The position numbers were made by a program, and so were the translations under genes. This document shows, piece by piece, positions 8,300 through 17,498 of a stretch of 56,845 nt of DNA. The notes under the pieces are model-generated. The model ran no database searches. It was not told where the DNA came from and saw only the letters and a list, made by a program, of their open reading frames with translations. Numbering within the stretch: position 1 is the first letter of the stretch; each line of letters starts with the position of its first letter. Source of the stretch: Rhodospirillales bacterium (lineage in GTDB: Bacteria > Pseudomonadota > Alphaproteobacteria > Rhodospirillales > CALINB01); NCBI GenBank assembly GCA_040904505.1, contig JBBDTH010000017.1, positions 1 through 56,845 on the forward strand, in the 5' to 3' direction.

Positions 8300-9130
8300 A
8301 TGACCGGACATCGGAACCGCCTCGGCGGAGCCGTTTTGCGCATTGCCTTGAGCGGCGTCTGCGGTTTTGTCTTCGGCCTTGCCGGAGCGGGCCTCAATGG
8401 TTCGCACGCTTGGGCCGCGCCGATTTACGATATGGGCACGATGTTGGGGGAACCCCATCCGTTTCTACAGGCGCCGCCGCCGGCGCGGGAACCGTCTCAA
8501 GCACCGGCCGTGCCGGTGTTGCGCCCGCATGCGCCGTTTTCCGGTCAATCCGGCGATCAATCCGGCTCCGGGCCGATGATGATGCCGCGGGCGCAGGACC
8601 GAGAGCCGACGCTGCGCGGCGGCGAGCCCGCGTCCCGTTCGATGCCCGCGCCGCAATCGTCGAAACCGTTCGTTTCGGAAATCCGGATCGGCGCCTTGGC
8701 GCACGATCAAGGCCCGTTCAGCTCCACTAAAGAAGACGGCTACGACGCCAACGTCGAGATCCTGTTTTCCTCGCCGGGATTCCTCGATGTGATCTGGTCG
8801 CCGCGCCCGCATATCGGCGCGACCTACAATGCCTACGGCGATACCAGCCAGGCGTATCTGGGGCTCACCTGGGAGTGGGATTTCTTCCAGGATTTCTTCG
8901 CCGGATTCTCGCTCGGCGGCGCGATTCACAACGGCGAGACTTCGACATTGTCGCTCGACAAGAAAGAACTGGGCTGCCGCGTCCTGTTTCGCGAATCGGT
9001 CACGGTCGGCTACAGGATCAACAAAACCCACAGCCTGATGGCGTTTATGGATCATATCTCCAACGCGAAGTTGTGTTCGAGCAACGAAGGATTGGAGAAC
9101 GTCGGCATCCGGTACGGCTACCGGTTCTAG
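8300..9130 (+). CDS. Acyloxyacyl hydrolase (PagL-like lipid A deacylase family) with a long Pro-rich N-terminal spacer
   Basis: 276-aa ORF with a signal-like N-terminus. The C-terminal beta-barrel-like region ends ...MDHISNAKL...VGIRYGYRF, showing the H-x-S-N catalytic motif and terminal aromatic typical of PagL-type OMPs. Confidence 0.65.
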   Translation: MTGHRNRLGGAVLRIALSGVCGFVFGLAGAGLNGSHAWAAPIYDMGTMLGEPHPFLQAPPPAREPSQAPAVPVLRPHAPFSGQSGDQSGSGPMMMPRAQDREPTLRGGEPASRSMPAPQSSKPFVSEIRIGALAHDQGPFSSTKEDGYDANVEILFSSPGFLDVIWSPRPHIGATYNAYGDTSQAYLGLTWEWDFFQDFFAGFSLGGAIHNGETSTLSLDKKELGCRVLFRESVTVGYRINKTHSLMAFMDHISNAKLCSSNEGLENVGIRYGYRF

Positions 9131-9146
9131 GTCGGATCATATCGAA

Positions 9147-10085
9147 TCATGATGTGTCGGAACCGCCCCTCGGTTCCGGCGATCCGGCTTTGCGTTCGGT
9201 GCGGACTTGGCGTTCGCGGTAGGTGATGTACGAGGTCGAGGAAAAGATCACGATGCCGCCGAGCCAGGTCCAAACGTCCGCCACTTCGCCGAAGATCATG
9301 TAGCCGAAAAGCGCGGCCCACACCAAGGCGGTGAAATCGATCGGCAGCAAAACCGTGATGTCGGCATATTTAAACGCCTGCGCGCGCGACCAATGGCTGA
9401 GGCTGCCGAGGGCGCCGATCAGAACGAGCCACAGCATTTCCTGCCAATTCGGCGTTTGCCAGAAGGGGAGCGCGGCCAGGAACGTGGCCGGCGTCGTAAC
9501 GAGCACGGCGTAGATCGTCACGGTCGAGCTCGATTCGGTGGCGGAAAGGGATTTGATCGCGATCATGTTCATGGCCCAGGCGGCGGCGGCGGCGAGCGCC
9601 AAGAGGGCGCCGAGATCGATTTCCACGAAGCCCGGACGCAAAATGATCATGGCGCCGGAGAAGCCGACGATCATCGCGGAGATGCGGCGCGCGCGGATGA
9701 TTTCGTGGAGGATCAACAAGGCGAGCAGGGTCGCGAACAAAGGGCCGGAAAACCGCAGCGCGGTTACCTTGGCCAAGGGCGCGAGACTGAGGGCGGTAAA
9801 TGTGCCGAGCATGACCACGACCTGCAGCGCGCCGCGCACCATGTGCAGGCCGGGGCGTTTGGTCTTGAGCGGCATCCAGCCGAATTTTACGAACAGCGGC
9901 AGGAATACCATCAAGCCGAAGAGGGAGCGAAAAAACGCCATCACGAACGGATGCAGATCGGCGGAGACGTAGCGGATGACGGCCATGATCGTGGTGCTCG
10001 AGAGCACGGCGAGCAGCATGAACAATACGCCGCGGCGTGTCGCGGAATCGCCGCTGATGAGTGACGCGAACCGTTTCACGATCAT
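9147..10085 (-). CDS. DMT (EamA) family transporter, paralogue 1 of 3
   Basis: 312 aa with a ~10-TM pattern. Segments shared with the next two genes include LHEIIRARRISAMIVGFSGAMIILRPG and PFWQTP. Confidence 0.85.
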   Translation of the reverse strand: MIVKRFASLISGDSATRRGVLFMLLAVLSSTTIMAVIRYVSADLHPFVMAFFRSLFGLMVFLPLFVKFGWMPLKTKRPGLHMVRGALQVVVMLGTFTALSLAPLAKVTALRFSGPLFATLLALLILHEIIRARRISAMIVGFSGAMIILRPGFVEIDLGALLALAAAAAWAMNMIAIKSLSATESSSTVTIYAVLVTTPATFLAALPFWQTPNWQEMLWLVLIGALGSLSHWSRAQAFKYADITVLLPIDFTALVWAALFGYMIFGEVADVWTWLGGIVIFSSTSYITYRERQVRTERKAGSPEPRGGSDTS

Positions 10086-10161
10086 GCTCCGGAATTTAAA
10101 AGAGTAAAAACGCCGCTTTAAGGCTGTCCTATCACGGCGCGCCCGGACCTCACAGGAAAAG

Positions 10162-11106
10162 TTAAGATAGTTTCGACGGTGAATCCGTAGGCGGCGGGGA
10201 AGACGGCGGCGTTTCAGTATTTTTCCGCGGTTTCGTTGCGCGCTCGCGATACGTAATGTAGCTGATCGCGGCGAAGATCATGAACGCACCGATCCAGACC
10301 CAGATATCGGGCACCTCGCCGAACGCAAAGTAACCGACCAGCGCGGCCCAGATCAGCACCGTGAAATCCATCGGCATGATGGCGGACACGTCGGCATCCC
10401 GCGCCGCTTGCGCGCGCGACCAGTGACTGACGCTGCCGATGGCGCCGAGCGCGATCAGGAACGCGAATTGCTCCAGCGTCGGCGTCTGCCAGAACGGAAT
10501 CGCGGCGGCGAGCGAGATAGGAATGGTAAAGACGGCGGCGTAAATCGTGATCGTGACGTTGGAGTCGGTGCTGGTCAGCATTTTTACCACGATGGTGACG
10601 GCGGCCCACACGAAGGCGGCGGCGAGCACCGCGAGCGCTCCGGCGTCGAGGGCTTCGATACCGGGGCGCAGGATGACGAGCGCGCCGGAGAAACCGACGA
10701 TCATCGCCGTGATGCGGCGTGCGCGAATCACCTCGTGGAGAACGATCAGGGCCAGAACGGTTGCGAACAACGGTCCGGTAAACCGCAGGGCCATGACCTT
10801 GGCGAGCGGTGTTACGCTGAACGCATAGAACATCAACAGCAGTGCCGTCGAATTCAACACGCCCCGCAGGATATGCAGGCCGAGTTTCTTGGTGCGCAAG
10901 GGCACGACGCCGTGGCGCAGGAACAGCGGGGTAAAGACCAGCAGGCCGAACAGGGTCCGGAAAAAGGCAACCACGAAGACATGAACGTCGGCCGAAACGT
11001 GGCGGACCATGCCGCCCATGATGGAAACGCAGAATGCCGAGAGCAGCATGAACCCCATGCCGCGCAACGTATTGGGATTTTTGCCGATGAGTTCCGCGAG
11101 TTTCAT
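10162..11106 (-). CDS. DMT (EamA) family transporter, paralogue 2 of 3
   Basis: 314 aa, same architecture. Shared blocks: LHEVIRARRITAMIVGFSGALVILRPG and PFWQTP. Confidence 0.85.
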   Translation of the reverse strand: MKLAELIGKNPNTLRGMGFMLLSAFCVSIMGGMVRHVSADVHVFVVAFFRTLFGLLVFTPLFLRHGVVPLRTKKLGLHILRGVLNSTALLLMFYAFSVTPLAKVMALRFTGPLFATVLALIVLHEVIRARRITAMIVGFSGALVILRPGIEALDAGALAVLAAAFVWAAVTIVVKMLTSTDSNVTITIYAAVFTIPISLAAAIPFWQTPTLEQFAFLIALGAIGSVSHWSRAQAARDADVSAIMPMDFTVLIWAALVGYFAFGEVPDIWVWIGAFMIFAAISYITYRERATKPRKNTETPPSSPPPTDSPSKLS

Positions 11107-11148
11107 CCGTGGTTCCTTCGACCGAAATATGGGCTTGTTTTCGGCCGG

Positions 11149-12084
11149 TTATTGATGGGGAGTCCGGGGAATTTGATCGGTCGGCGTTGGGGCGCCGGCG
11201 GCGCGTTCGCGAAAGGCGATGTACGTGCTGGCCGAGAAAATGACGATGCCGCCGATCCAGGTCCAGAGGTCGGGAAATTCGGCGAACACGAAGAAGCCGA
11301 TAACGGCGGCCCACACCATACGCAGAAAATCGAGCGGGATAACGGCGGTCATGTCGGCTTCGCGGAAGGATTGCGCCAGGGCCGTTTGCCCCAGGCTGCC
11401 GGCGATGCCCATGCCGGCCAGCCAAATCAGTTGCGTGAACGTCGGCGTTTGCCAATAGGGCAGGGCGGCGATGAGCGTGAACGGCATGATCATGATGGTG
11501 GAATACAACGTGATGGTAATGCTCGAATCGTTGCGCGCCATGACCTTGATGATGATCAGAACGCCGGCCCAGGCGGCGGAGGCGCCGAGGATCAGAAGCG
11601 AACCGGTATCGGGCTCGACGAAGCCGGGGCGCAGAATCATCAAGGTGCCCGCGAACCCGATGACCAATGCCGTGATGCGGCGCGCGCGGATCACTTCGTG
11701 AAGCACGATCAAGGCGACGACGGTCGCGAATAACGGCGACGTGAACGACAGGGCCATCACTTTCGCGATCGGAATCAGGGAAAGCCCCATGAAGTACATC
11801 AGCATGCAGGCTGCGTTGCCGACCCCGCGCAGGCAGTGCAGGCCGAGATTCTTGGTGCGCAGAGGCTCGAAGCCGTACCGGAAGAACAGCGGCACGAAAA
11901 AAAGAAATCCGAAGAAACACCGAAAGAACGCGACCTCGAACGGGTGAATCTCCTCGGACATGTGCCGCGCCATGGCGTTCATGACCACCAGGGTGAACGT
12001 CGAGAGCACCATGTACGCCATGCCGCGAACGATGTTTTGCGACCGACCGGGGCCGACATCGCGTGTCGAGAATAAGGAGCGCAT
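11149..12084 (-). CDS. DMT (EamA) family transporter, paralogue 3 of 3
   Basis: 311 aa, same architecture. Shared blocks: LHEVIRARRITALVIGFAGTLMILRPG and PYWQTP. Confidence 0.85.
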   Translation of the reverse strand: MRSLFSTRDVGPGRSQNIVRGMAYMVLSTFTLVVMNAMARHMSEEIHPFEVAFFRCFFGFLFFVPLFFRYGFEPLRTKNLGLHCLRGVGNAACMLMYFMGLSLIPIAKVMALSFTSPLFATVVALIVLHEVIRARRITALVIGFAGTLMILRPGFVEPDTGSLLILGASAAWAGVLIIIKVMARNDSSITITLYSTIMIMPFTLIAALPYWQTPTFTQLIWLAGMGIAGSLGQTALAQSFREADMTAVIPLDFLRMVWAAVIGFFVFAEFPDLWTWIGGIVIFSASTYIAFRERAAGAPTPTDQIPRTPHQ

Positions 12085-12246
12085 CTAACGAGGATTGTTC
12101 GATTTCAAATGATTTCGCCTACGGCCGCCGCCGGCTCACGTCCTGTATATCATGGATTGCGACACTGTCGCCCGCGCACACGAGGGCCTAGGTTTTTACG
12201 CCTTGACCGTGTATAATAACACAACATTTCGTGGATACCTGGGTTT

Positions 12247-13422
12247 ATGTCCCACTATTTAGCGCATCATCGGTCTGACGTGCCTCCTGCCGGCGTGGCG
12301 GCGGCGCTGTCGTTTCTGGCCCTCGCCGGATGCGTCTTCGTCTATTCCCTGATGCTGCGCTCGAACGACGCGGTCTTCGATTGGGGCCGCCAGGCGGCCG
12401 CCCAGCTCGGCTGGGCGACGCCGTCGGTGTCGCAGGCGATCCCCATGAACCGGGTCATCGTGCTCCTGGACCGGGGCGATACATCCGGCAATACACCGCG
12501 CGCGCCGACAACCGCCCCGGTAAGGATCGCTCCGACCATGACCGCCCCGGCCATGACGGCATCGGCGCCGCCGGGTGTGCCGAGTGAACCGGAGTCAAAA
12601 GTCCCGGAGCCCTTGGCGACGCGCGAAGCCTCCCGGACGATTGCCGCCATTCCGCCCGTGCCGGCGCTGCCGCCGGAGTCGTCCATGCCGGCCAGGCCGC
12701 CCTCGGCGTCCGCGCAAACGTCGCCGGCCGTGCAAACGCCGCCGGTGAGCGCTCGACCGGCTGAGCCGGCCGATCCGGCGGATCCGCCCCAAGCCGCCGC
12801 GCCGGCGCCGCAAACGGCGGCGCTCGCGCCGGGTCCGGCGCCGTCGGTTCGCGAGTTGCCCGCGATGCCGCCGGAAAAATTCTCGCTCGACCGGCTCCGG
12901 GAACGCGCCCAGGAAGGCCTGCCGGCCGCGCAATTGGCTTTGGCGCAGCGGTATCACATCGGCGATGGGGTCGCGGCATCGGCCTTGAAGGCGCTGTACT
13001 GGTATCATCGCGCCGCCGGATTGGGCAGCGTCGAAGCGCAGTTCAATTTGGGGCTGATGTATTATCTCGGCGACGGCGTTCCGAAGGATCTCGTCAGCGC
13101 CTATCGGTGGATCAGTCTGGCGGCGGAACAAAAGGACCGCCGGGCGAAGGTCGTGCTCGATGGGCTGCATCGCTCGCTGCCGGGGCCGGTCTTTACGGCC
13201 CTGGTATTTCCGGAGCCGGTCGTTCTGGGCCCGGCGCCGACGCGGAATCCGCCGCTCCGAAGCACGCCGATACAAAAGCCGACCGAGGGCGCGTTTGCGC
13301 GAACGGCTCGGTATGCGCCGGAACCGGCGCAATCGCAGGCGGAGTCGCTTCGCCACGGCATGAACACGGTGTCGTTTTGGAAGCCGAGCGTTTTCCTGCT
13401 CGGGAACAAACCGCTCCCCTAG
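12247..13422 (+). CDS. Sel1-like repeat (SLR) protein with N-terminal TM segment and a long Pro/Ala-rich spacer
   Basis: 391-aa ORF. SLR units are present (AQLALAQRYHIGDGVAASALKALYWYHRAA, AQFNLGLMYYLGDGVPKDLVSAYRWISLAA). A ~170-aa P/A/S-rich low-complexity region precedes them. Confidence 0.75.
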   Translation: MSHYLAHHRSDVPPAGVAAALSFLALAGCVFVYSLMLRSNDAVFDWGRQAAAQLGWATPSVSQAIPMNRVIVLLDRGDTSGNTPRAPTTAPVRIAPTMTAPAMTASAPPGVPSEPESKVPEPLATREASRTIAAIPPVPALPPESSMPARPPSASAQTSPAVQTPPVSARPAEPADPADPPQAAAPAPQTAALAPGPAPSVRELPAMPPEKFSLDRLRERAQEGLPAAQLALAQRYHIGDGVAASALKALYWYHRAAGLGSVEAQFNLGLMYYLGDGVPKDLVSAYRWISLAAEQKDRRAKVVLDGLHRSLPGPVFTALVFPEPVVLGPAPTRNPPLRSTPIQKPTEGAFARTARYAPEPAQSQAESLRHGMNTVSFWKPSVFLLGNKPLP

Positions 13423-13434
13423 ATCGGATCATGA
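13420..13434 (+). repeat. 15-nt motif TAGATCGGATCATGA (copy whose TAG is the Sel1 gene stop)
   Basis: Read directly. It is the exact reverse complement of 17484-17498. Related copies occur at 9128-9140, 21959-21974 and 32995-33008. Confidence 0.9.
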
Positions 13435-13504
13435 TTGATCGGAAACACTACTCGGTTCCGACTAACCATGATCTGCTCTGAACCGCTTTTTTGAAACGAT
13501 CCGT

Positions 13505-14332
13505 TCAGGCGGCTTGCAGAAAAGCCAGAATGATGCCGACGTCGGCGGGGGTCGATACCGTATACGCGGCGGCGGTTTCGCGCCCGGCGCGGGCATGTTC
13601 CTCGTCGCAGACCAGGATGCCGATGCCGAAATCGGCGATCGCGCCGAAGGCGTCCTCGTCGGTGACGTCGTCGCCGATGAAAAGAGGAACGGTATCGGCG
13701 GTTTCGAGTTTCATTTCCTTTAAAAGCCAGAGCAGCGCCTTGCCTTTGTTCCAGTCCGCCGCCGGCATGATCTCGAAGACTTTCTTGCCCGGAAGGACGC
13801 GCAGGGCCGGATCGTCCCGGATGGTTTCCGTTACGGCCGCGCGCACGATATCTTCGGCGCCGCGCGCGGACTGCCTGAAGTGGACGGCAAAGGAGCACCG
13901 CTTATCTTCGAATAAAATGCCCTCGACGGTTGCCAGCGTTCGTTCGAGCCCGACGCGCGCCCGTTGCAAATTGGGGAGCGCGGTTCGGCAGGTTTCGTGA
14001 ACGGTTTCCCGGCCCTGGGGCCAGGCGATGTCGTAACCGTGGCTGCCGGCGTAAACGATGGTATCGATCCCGACGTAGCGCCGCACGTCCGCGCTGTCGC
14101 GTCCGCTGATGACGGCGAGCGGGTACCGTTCGGCCAGGGATAACAGACTGCCGCGCACGGACGGCGCCAGGACGACCTGATCGGGTTTGTCGACGATCGG
14201 CGTCAGGGTGCCGTCGAAATCGAGAAACACGGCGGGCCGTTTTCCGGCGAATCGGCCTCGCAGTTCATCCAGATGCGCGAGCGCATGGGGCAGGGAGAGA
14301 ACGTTTTGTATCAAGGGGCTCGGTTCGGGCAC
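13505..14332 (-). CDS. otsB: Trehalose-6-phosphate phosphatase
   Basis: 275 aa. HAD motif I FLDFDGTLTP, then GSHG and a C-terminal GDDVTDEDAF motif, typical of OtsB. Confidence 0.85.
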   Translation of the reverse strand: MPEPSPLIQNVLSLPHALAHLDELRGRFAGKRPAVFLDFDGTLTPIVDKPDQVVLAPSVRGSLLSLAERYPLAVISGRDSADVRRYVGIDTIVYAGSHGYDIAWPQGRETVHETCRTALPNLQRARVGLERTLATVEGILFEDKRCSFAVHFRQSARGAEDIVRAAVTETIRDDPALRVLPGKKVFEIMPAADWNKGKALLWLLKEMKLETADTVPLFIGDDVTDEDAFGAIADFGIGILVCDEEHARAGRETAAAYTVSTPADVGIILAFLQAA

Positions 14333-14336
14333 GCGA

Positions 14337-14678
14337 TCAAAGAATCTCGAAAACCTTTTCCGGCGGGCGCCCCAAGGCCGCCGTGCCGTTCGCCAGAACG
14401 ATCGGACGCTGAATCAAACGGGGATTTTCAAGCATCGTATCGATCAATTCGTCTTCGCTCAGGGCGCCGGCATCGAGGTTCATGGCGTTGGCGTCTTTTG
14501 TCCGCATCAGCTCGCGGGCCGTCATGCCGAGCTTGCCGAGAATGGCCTTAAATTCTTTTTTGTCCGGGGTATGATCCATGTAGAGCTCGATCTCGGGTTT
14601 GATCCCCCGTTCTTCCAGCATCGCCAGCGTTCTGCGCGAGGTGCTGCATTTCGGATGGTGATACATGGTGACTGACAT
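14337..14678 (-). CDS. arsC: Arsenate reductase, glutaredoxin-dependent ArsC family
   Basis: Frame of ORF 14337-14738, starting at MSVTMYHHPKCSTSRRTL. It is colinear with my recollection of plasmid R773/E. coli ArsC (IYHNPACGTSRNTL...INRPIV). Catalytic Cys is present in PKCSTSR, and RPIV is conserved. Confidence 0.8.
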   Translation of the reverse strand: MSVTMYHHPKCSTSRRTLAMLEERGIKPEIELYMDHTPDKKEFKAILGKLGMTARELMRTKDANAMNLDAGALSEDELIDTMLENPRLIQRPIVLANGTAALGRPPEKVFEIL

Positions 14679-14736
14679 CGTGGAACCGCTCCAAAACATG
14701 TGACAGGTGTGCCCGGGACAGTTAATCTCGCCTCTC

Positions 14737-17097
14737 ATGAGTGAAATGGCAAGAGGGCCGATCGGCGTGGCCGTAACACACTTTATATATGCTCATTGCC
14801 GCCGCCTGATCGTGAGTTTGTGTGTGTTGGCCGTTTTTTCGGCGATGGCACCGGAATCTTGGGCCCAAAAGGCGCCGGCCGGTGCCGTGCCGCAGGAGAA
14901 AGCGGCGCAAAGCGACCCGGCGCCGGATATCCAATCCCTGCTGGAGACGATCGAGGACGAGACCAAACGCAAGGAATTGATCGAGCACCTGCGCGCGTTG
15001 GCCGCCGCGCAAAAAGCCGAGGCGAAGAAAAAAGCGGCCGAGCCGGCCGTAACCGACGTTATCGGCCTCCTCTCCAAAAAGATTCAGGAGACCACGTCGA
15101 AAGTCGTCAGCGGTGCCGAAGCGGTGGCCGATGTGCCGAGGCTTTACGACTGGGCCCGCGATCAGGCGCAAAACGAGAAAACCCGCACGGTATGGCTGGC
15201 CTTCTTGATGAAAGCCTTGATCGTGCTCGGTTTCGGCGTGCTGGCCGAGTTGCTGGTGCGGTGGGTGCTGGCCAAGCATCGCCGGGCCTTGGAACTGCGG
15301 GCCCCGAAACATTGGATCGTACGCTTCATGTTTTTGTCGATGCGGGCCGTGATCGATATGGCGCCCCTGGCGGCGTTCGCCGCCGTGGTTTACGGGTTGT
15401 TGCCGTTGATCGATGCCAAGCCCATGGTGCGCGAAGCGCTGCTGGCGTTGGTGACCGCCTATTTGATCATTCATGCCACGCTGATTCTCGCACGTGTTAT
15501 TCTGGTGCCGGCGGCCCCGTCGTTGCGGATTTTGCCGATCGGCAGCGAAACCGCGCATTATTTGTATATTTGGGTGCGCCGCCTGTCGTGCGTGATCGTC
15601 GCGGGCTATTTTTTGATCGTCGCCTTCCATGCCTTAGGCATGCCGACGGCGGGCCGGGAAGGGCTGCAGCAGTTTCTGGGCTTGCTCGTTGCGGCGTTGG
15701 TCGTGGTTTTCGTTCTTCAAAACCGCCGGAACGTTGCCGCGTGGATTCGCGGCGGCGGACAGGCATCGTCGTTGCCCGGCGTGGGCCAGGCGCGGACCCG
15801 GTTGGCCGATATCTGGCACGGGTTCGCCATCATTTATATTGCCGCCGTTTATGTCGTTTGGGCATTGGCGATCGAAGGCGGGTTCGCGTTCCTTTTACGC
15901 GCGACCGTCGTGACCGTGCTGGTTCTCGTCTTGTCGCGGGTGCTGATCAATGTCCTGCAGCAGGGAATTCGCCGGGGGTTTTCTTTGAACGAGGATCTGA
16001 AAAGGCGTTATCCGGGGCTCGAAAGACGGGCCAACCGGTATCTGCCCGTGCTTGTCATCATCTTCAAGACCGTGATTTATATCGTCGCGGCGTTTGCCTT
16101 GTTGGAAGCCTGGGGCGCCGACTCGTTCGCCTGGCTGGAAACGCCTTTCGGTCAGCGGGTGTTGCAGGCGGCGATCACCATCGGAATCGTTCTTGTTTTG
16201 GCGCTGCTGGTTTGGGAAATGATCAGCAACGCGATCGACCGGTATCTCAACGCGATCGACCACAGCGGCACCCCTCTGGAGCGCAGCGCGCGGATCAAAA
16301 CCCTGTTGCCGTTGCTCAGGAATGTTTTGCTGATTGTTCTCGGCGTGATCGTGGTGATGATCGTTTTGACCGAGTTCGGCGTCAATATCGCGCCGCTTCT
16401 GGCCGGCGCCGGCATCGCGGGAGTCGCCATCGGGTTCGGCTCGCAGAAGCTGGTGCAGGATCTGATTACCGGTGCGTTTATTCTGTTCGAGGACACCGTT
16501 TCCGTCGGCGATGTCGTCGTGCTCGGCGATAAAGCCGGTCTGGTCGAGGCACTGTCGATCCGCTCGATCCGGTTGCGCGATCTGTCCGGCAACGTTCACA
16601 CGATTCCGTTCAGTTCCGTCGACAAAGTCACCAACATGACCAAGGATTTTTCCTACTACGTGTTCGAGGTCGGCGTCGCTTATCGGGAAAACACCGACGA
16701 GGTGACGCAGGTGCTTCGGGAGATCGGCGAGGAGATGCAGGCCGACGAGGAATACGGCCGGTTGATCCTCGCGCCGCTGGACGTGCTCGGCGTCGATAAA
16801 TTCGCCGACAGCGCCGTGATCATCAAGGCCCGGATCAAGACGCAGCCGATCAAGCAATGGACCGTCGGGCGTGAATTCAACCGGCGGATGAAGAACCGTT
16901 TCGATGAACTCGGAATCGAGATTCCGTTCCCCCACGTCACGCTTTATATGGGCGAGGACAAGGAAGGTGCGGCGCCGCCGGCGCATATCCGGCTGTCGGC
17001 CGAGGATATCAAGACCGTAACGGAAAAACCCGGGGGAAAACCGGAGGAACAAGCCGAGGAAAAAGCCGAGGAAAAAGCCGAGGAACGAAACCGATGA
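14737..17097 (+). CDS. Mechanosensitive ion channel family protein (large MscK/MscS-type)
   Basis: Frame of ORF 14707-17097. Signal-like N-terminus, a coiled periplasmic segment and multiple TMs. MscS core: DLITGAFILFEDTVSVGDVV...IRLRDLSGNVHTIPFS. The start could be 14737 or 14746. The acidic EEKAEEKAEE tail comes from a 12-bp repeat at 17053-17086. Confidence 0.85.
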   Translation: MSEMARGPIGVAVTHFIYAHCRRLIVSLCVLAVFSAMAPESWAQKAPAGAVPQEKAAQSDPAPDIQSLLETIEDETKRKELIEHLRALAAAQKAEAKKKAAEPAVTDVIGLLSKKIQETTSKVVSGAEAVADVPRLYDWARDQAQNEKTRTVWLAFLMKALIVLGFGVLAELLVRWVLAKHRRALELRAPKHWIVRFMFLSMRAVIDMAPLAAFAAVVYGLLPLIDAKPMVREALLALVTAYLIIHATLILARVILVPAAPSLRILPIGSETAHYLYIWVRRLSCVIVAGYFLIVAFHALGMPTAGREGLQQFLGLLVAALVVVFVLQNRRNVAAWIRGGGQASSLPGVGQARTRLADIWHGFAIIYIAAVYVVWALAIEGGFAFLLRATVVTVLVLVLSRVLINVLQQGIRRGFSLNEDLKRRYPGLERRANRYLPVLVIIFKTVIYIVAAFALLEAWGADSFAWLETPFGQRVLQAAITIGIVLVLALLVWEMISNAIDRYLNAIDHSGTPLERSARIKTLLPLLRNVLLIVLGVIVVMIVLTEFGVNIAPLLAGAGIAGVAIGFGSQKLVQDLITGAFILFEDTVSVGDVVVLGDKAGLVEALSIRSIRLRDLSGNVHTIPFSSVDKVTNMTKDFSYYVFEVGVAYRENTDEVTQVLREIGEEMQADEEYGRLILAPLDVLGVDKFADSAVIIKARIKTQPIKQWTVGREFNRRMKNRFDELGIEIPFPHVTLYMGEDKEGAAPPAHIRLSAEDIKTVTEKPGGKPEEQAEEKAEEKAEERNR

Positions 17098-17489
17098 CGA
17101 TTTCATTGAGTCATATCGACCATGTCGTGCTCACGGTCGCCGATGTCGAGCGGACCTGCGCCTTCTACGAAGAAGCCTTGAGCATGCGCCGCGAGGAGTT
17201 CAGGCCGGGCCGGGTCGCGCTTTATTTCGGGACCTGCAAGATCAACCTGCATCCCGCCGATCACACCGTCGCCGGGCAACTGCCGGAAAAGCCGACGCCG
17301 GGATCGGCGGATTTGTGCCTGATCGCGACGACGCCGATCGAAGACGTGGTTTTGCGGTTGAAGGCCTGCGGCGTAGCCATTACCGCGGGACCGATCGAGC
17401 GCAGCGGCGCGCAGGGGTCGATCCTGTCGGTCTACTTCCGCGATCCGGACGGCAATCTGATCGAGGTCGCCAACCAAAGCGCCTCATGA
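17094..17489 (+). CDS. VOC (glyoxalase/bleomycin-resistance/dioxygenase) family protein
   Basis: 131 aa. N-terminal IDHVVLTVADVERTCAFYEEAL and C-terminal YFRDPDGNLIEV are classic VOC motifs. Its ATG overlaps the channel gene stop (ATGA). Confidence 0.8.
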   Translation: MTISLSHIDHVVLTVADVERTCAFYEEALSMRREEFRPGRVALYFGTCKINLHPADHTVAGQLPEKPTPGSADLCLIATTPIEDVVLRLKACGVAITAGPIERSGAQGSILSVYFRDPDGNLIEVANQSAS

Positions 17490-17498
17490 TCCGATCTA
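17484..17498 (-). repeat. 15-nt motif (TCATGATCCGATCTA on + strand) holding the stop codons of both convergent neighbours
   Basis: Read directly. The TGA at 17487-17489 ends the VOC gene. The CTA at 17496-17498 is the TAG stop of recX on the other strand. Confidence 0.9.

Noticed and set aside
10214-11920. 568-aa ORF on the minus strand spanning two DMT genes in another frame
   Set aside because: The translation is Arg/His/Pro/Asp-rich low complexity with no motifs. The alternative frame gives two clean 10-TM EamA proteins that are mutually homologous. This is a typical stop-poor off-frame in GC-rich DNA.
17053-17086. 12-bp tandem repeat gccgaggaaaaa x2.8 at the 3' end of the channel gene
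   Set aside because: It is real but trivial. It encodes a low-complexity acidic EEKAEEKAEE tail of the kind common at protein termini, and I see no further structure.
14722-17106. ORFs 14722-15630 (-), 14796-16532 (+) and 15895-17106 (-) overlapping the mechanosensitive channel gene
   Set aside because: These are GC-driven alternative frames with Arg/Gly/Asp/His-rich composition. The chosen frame carries the MscS core motif and TM pattern.
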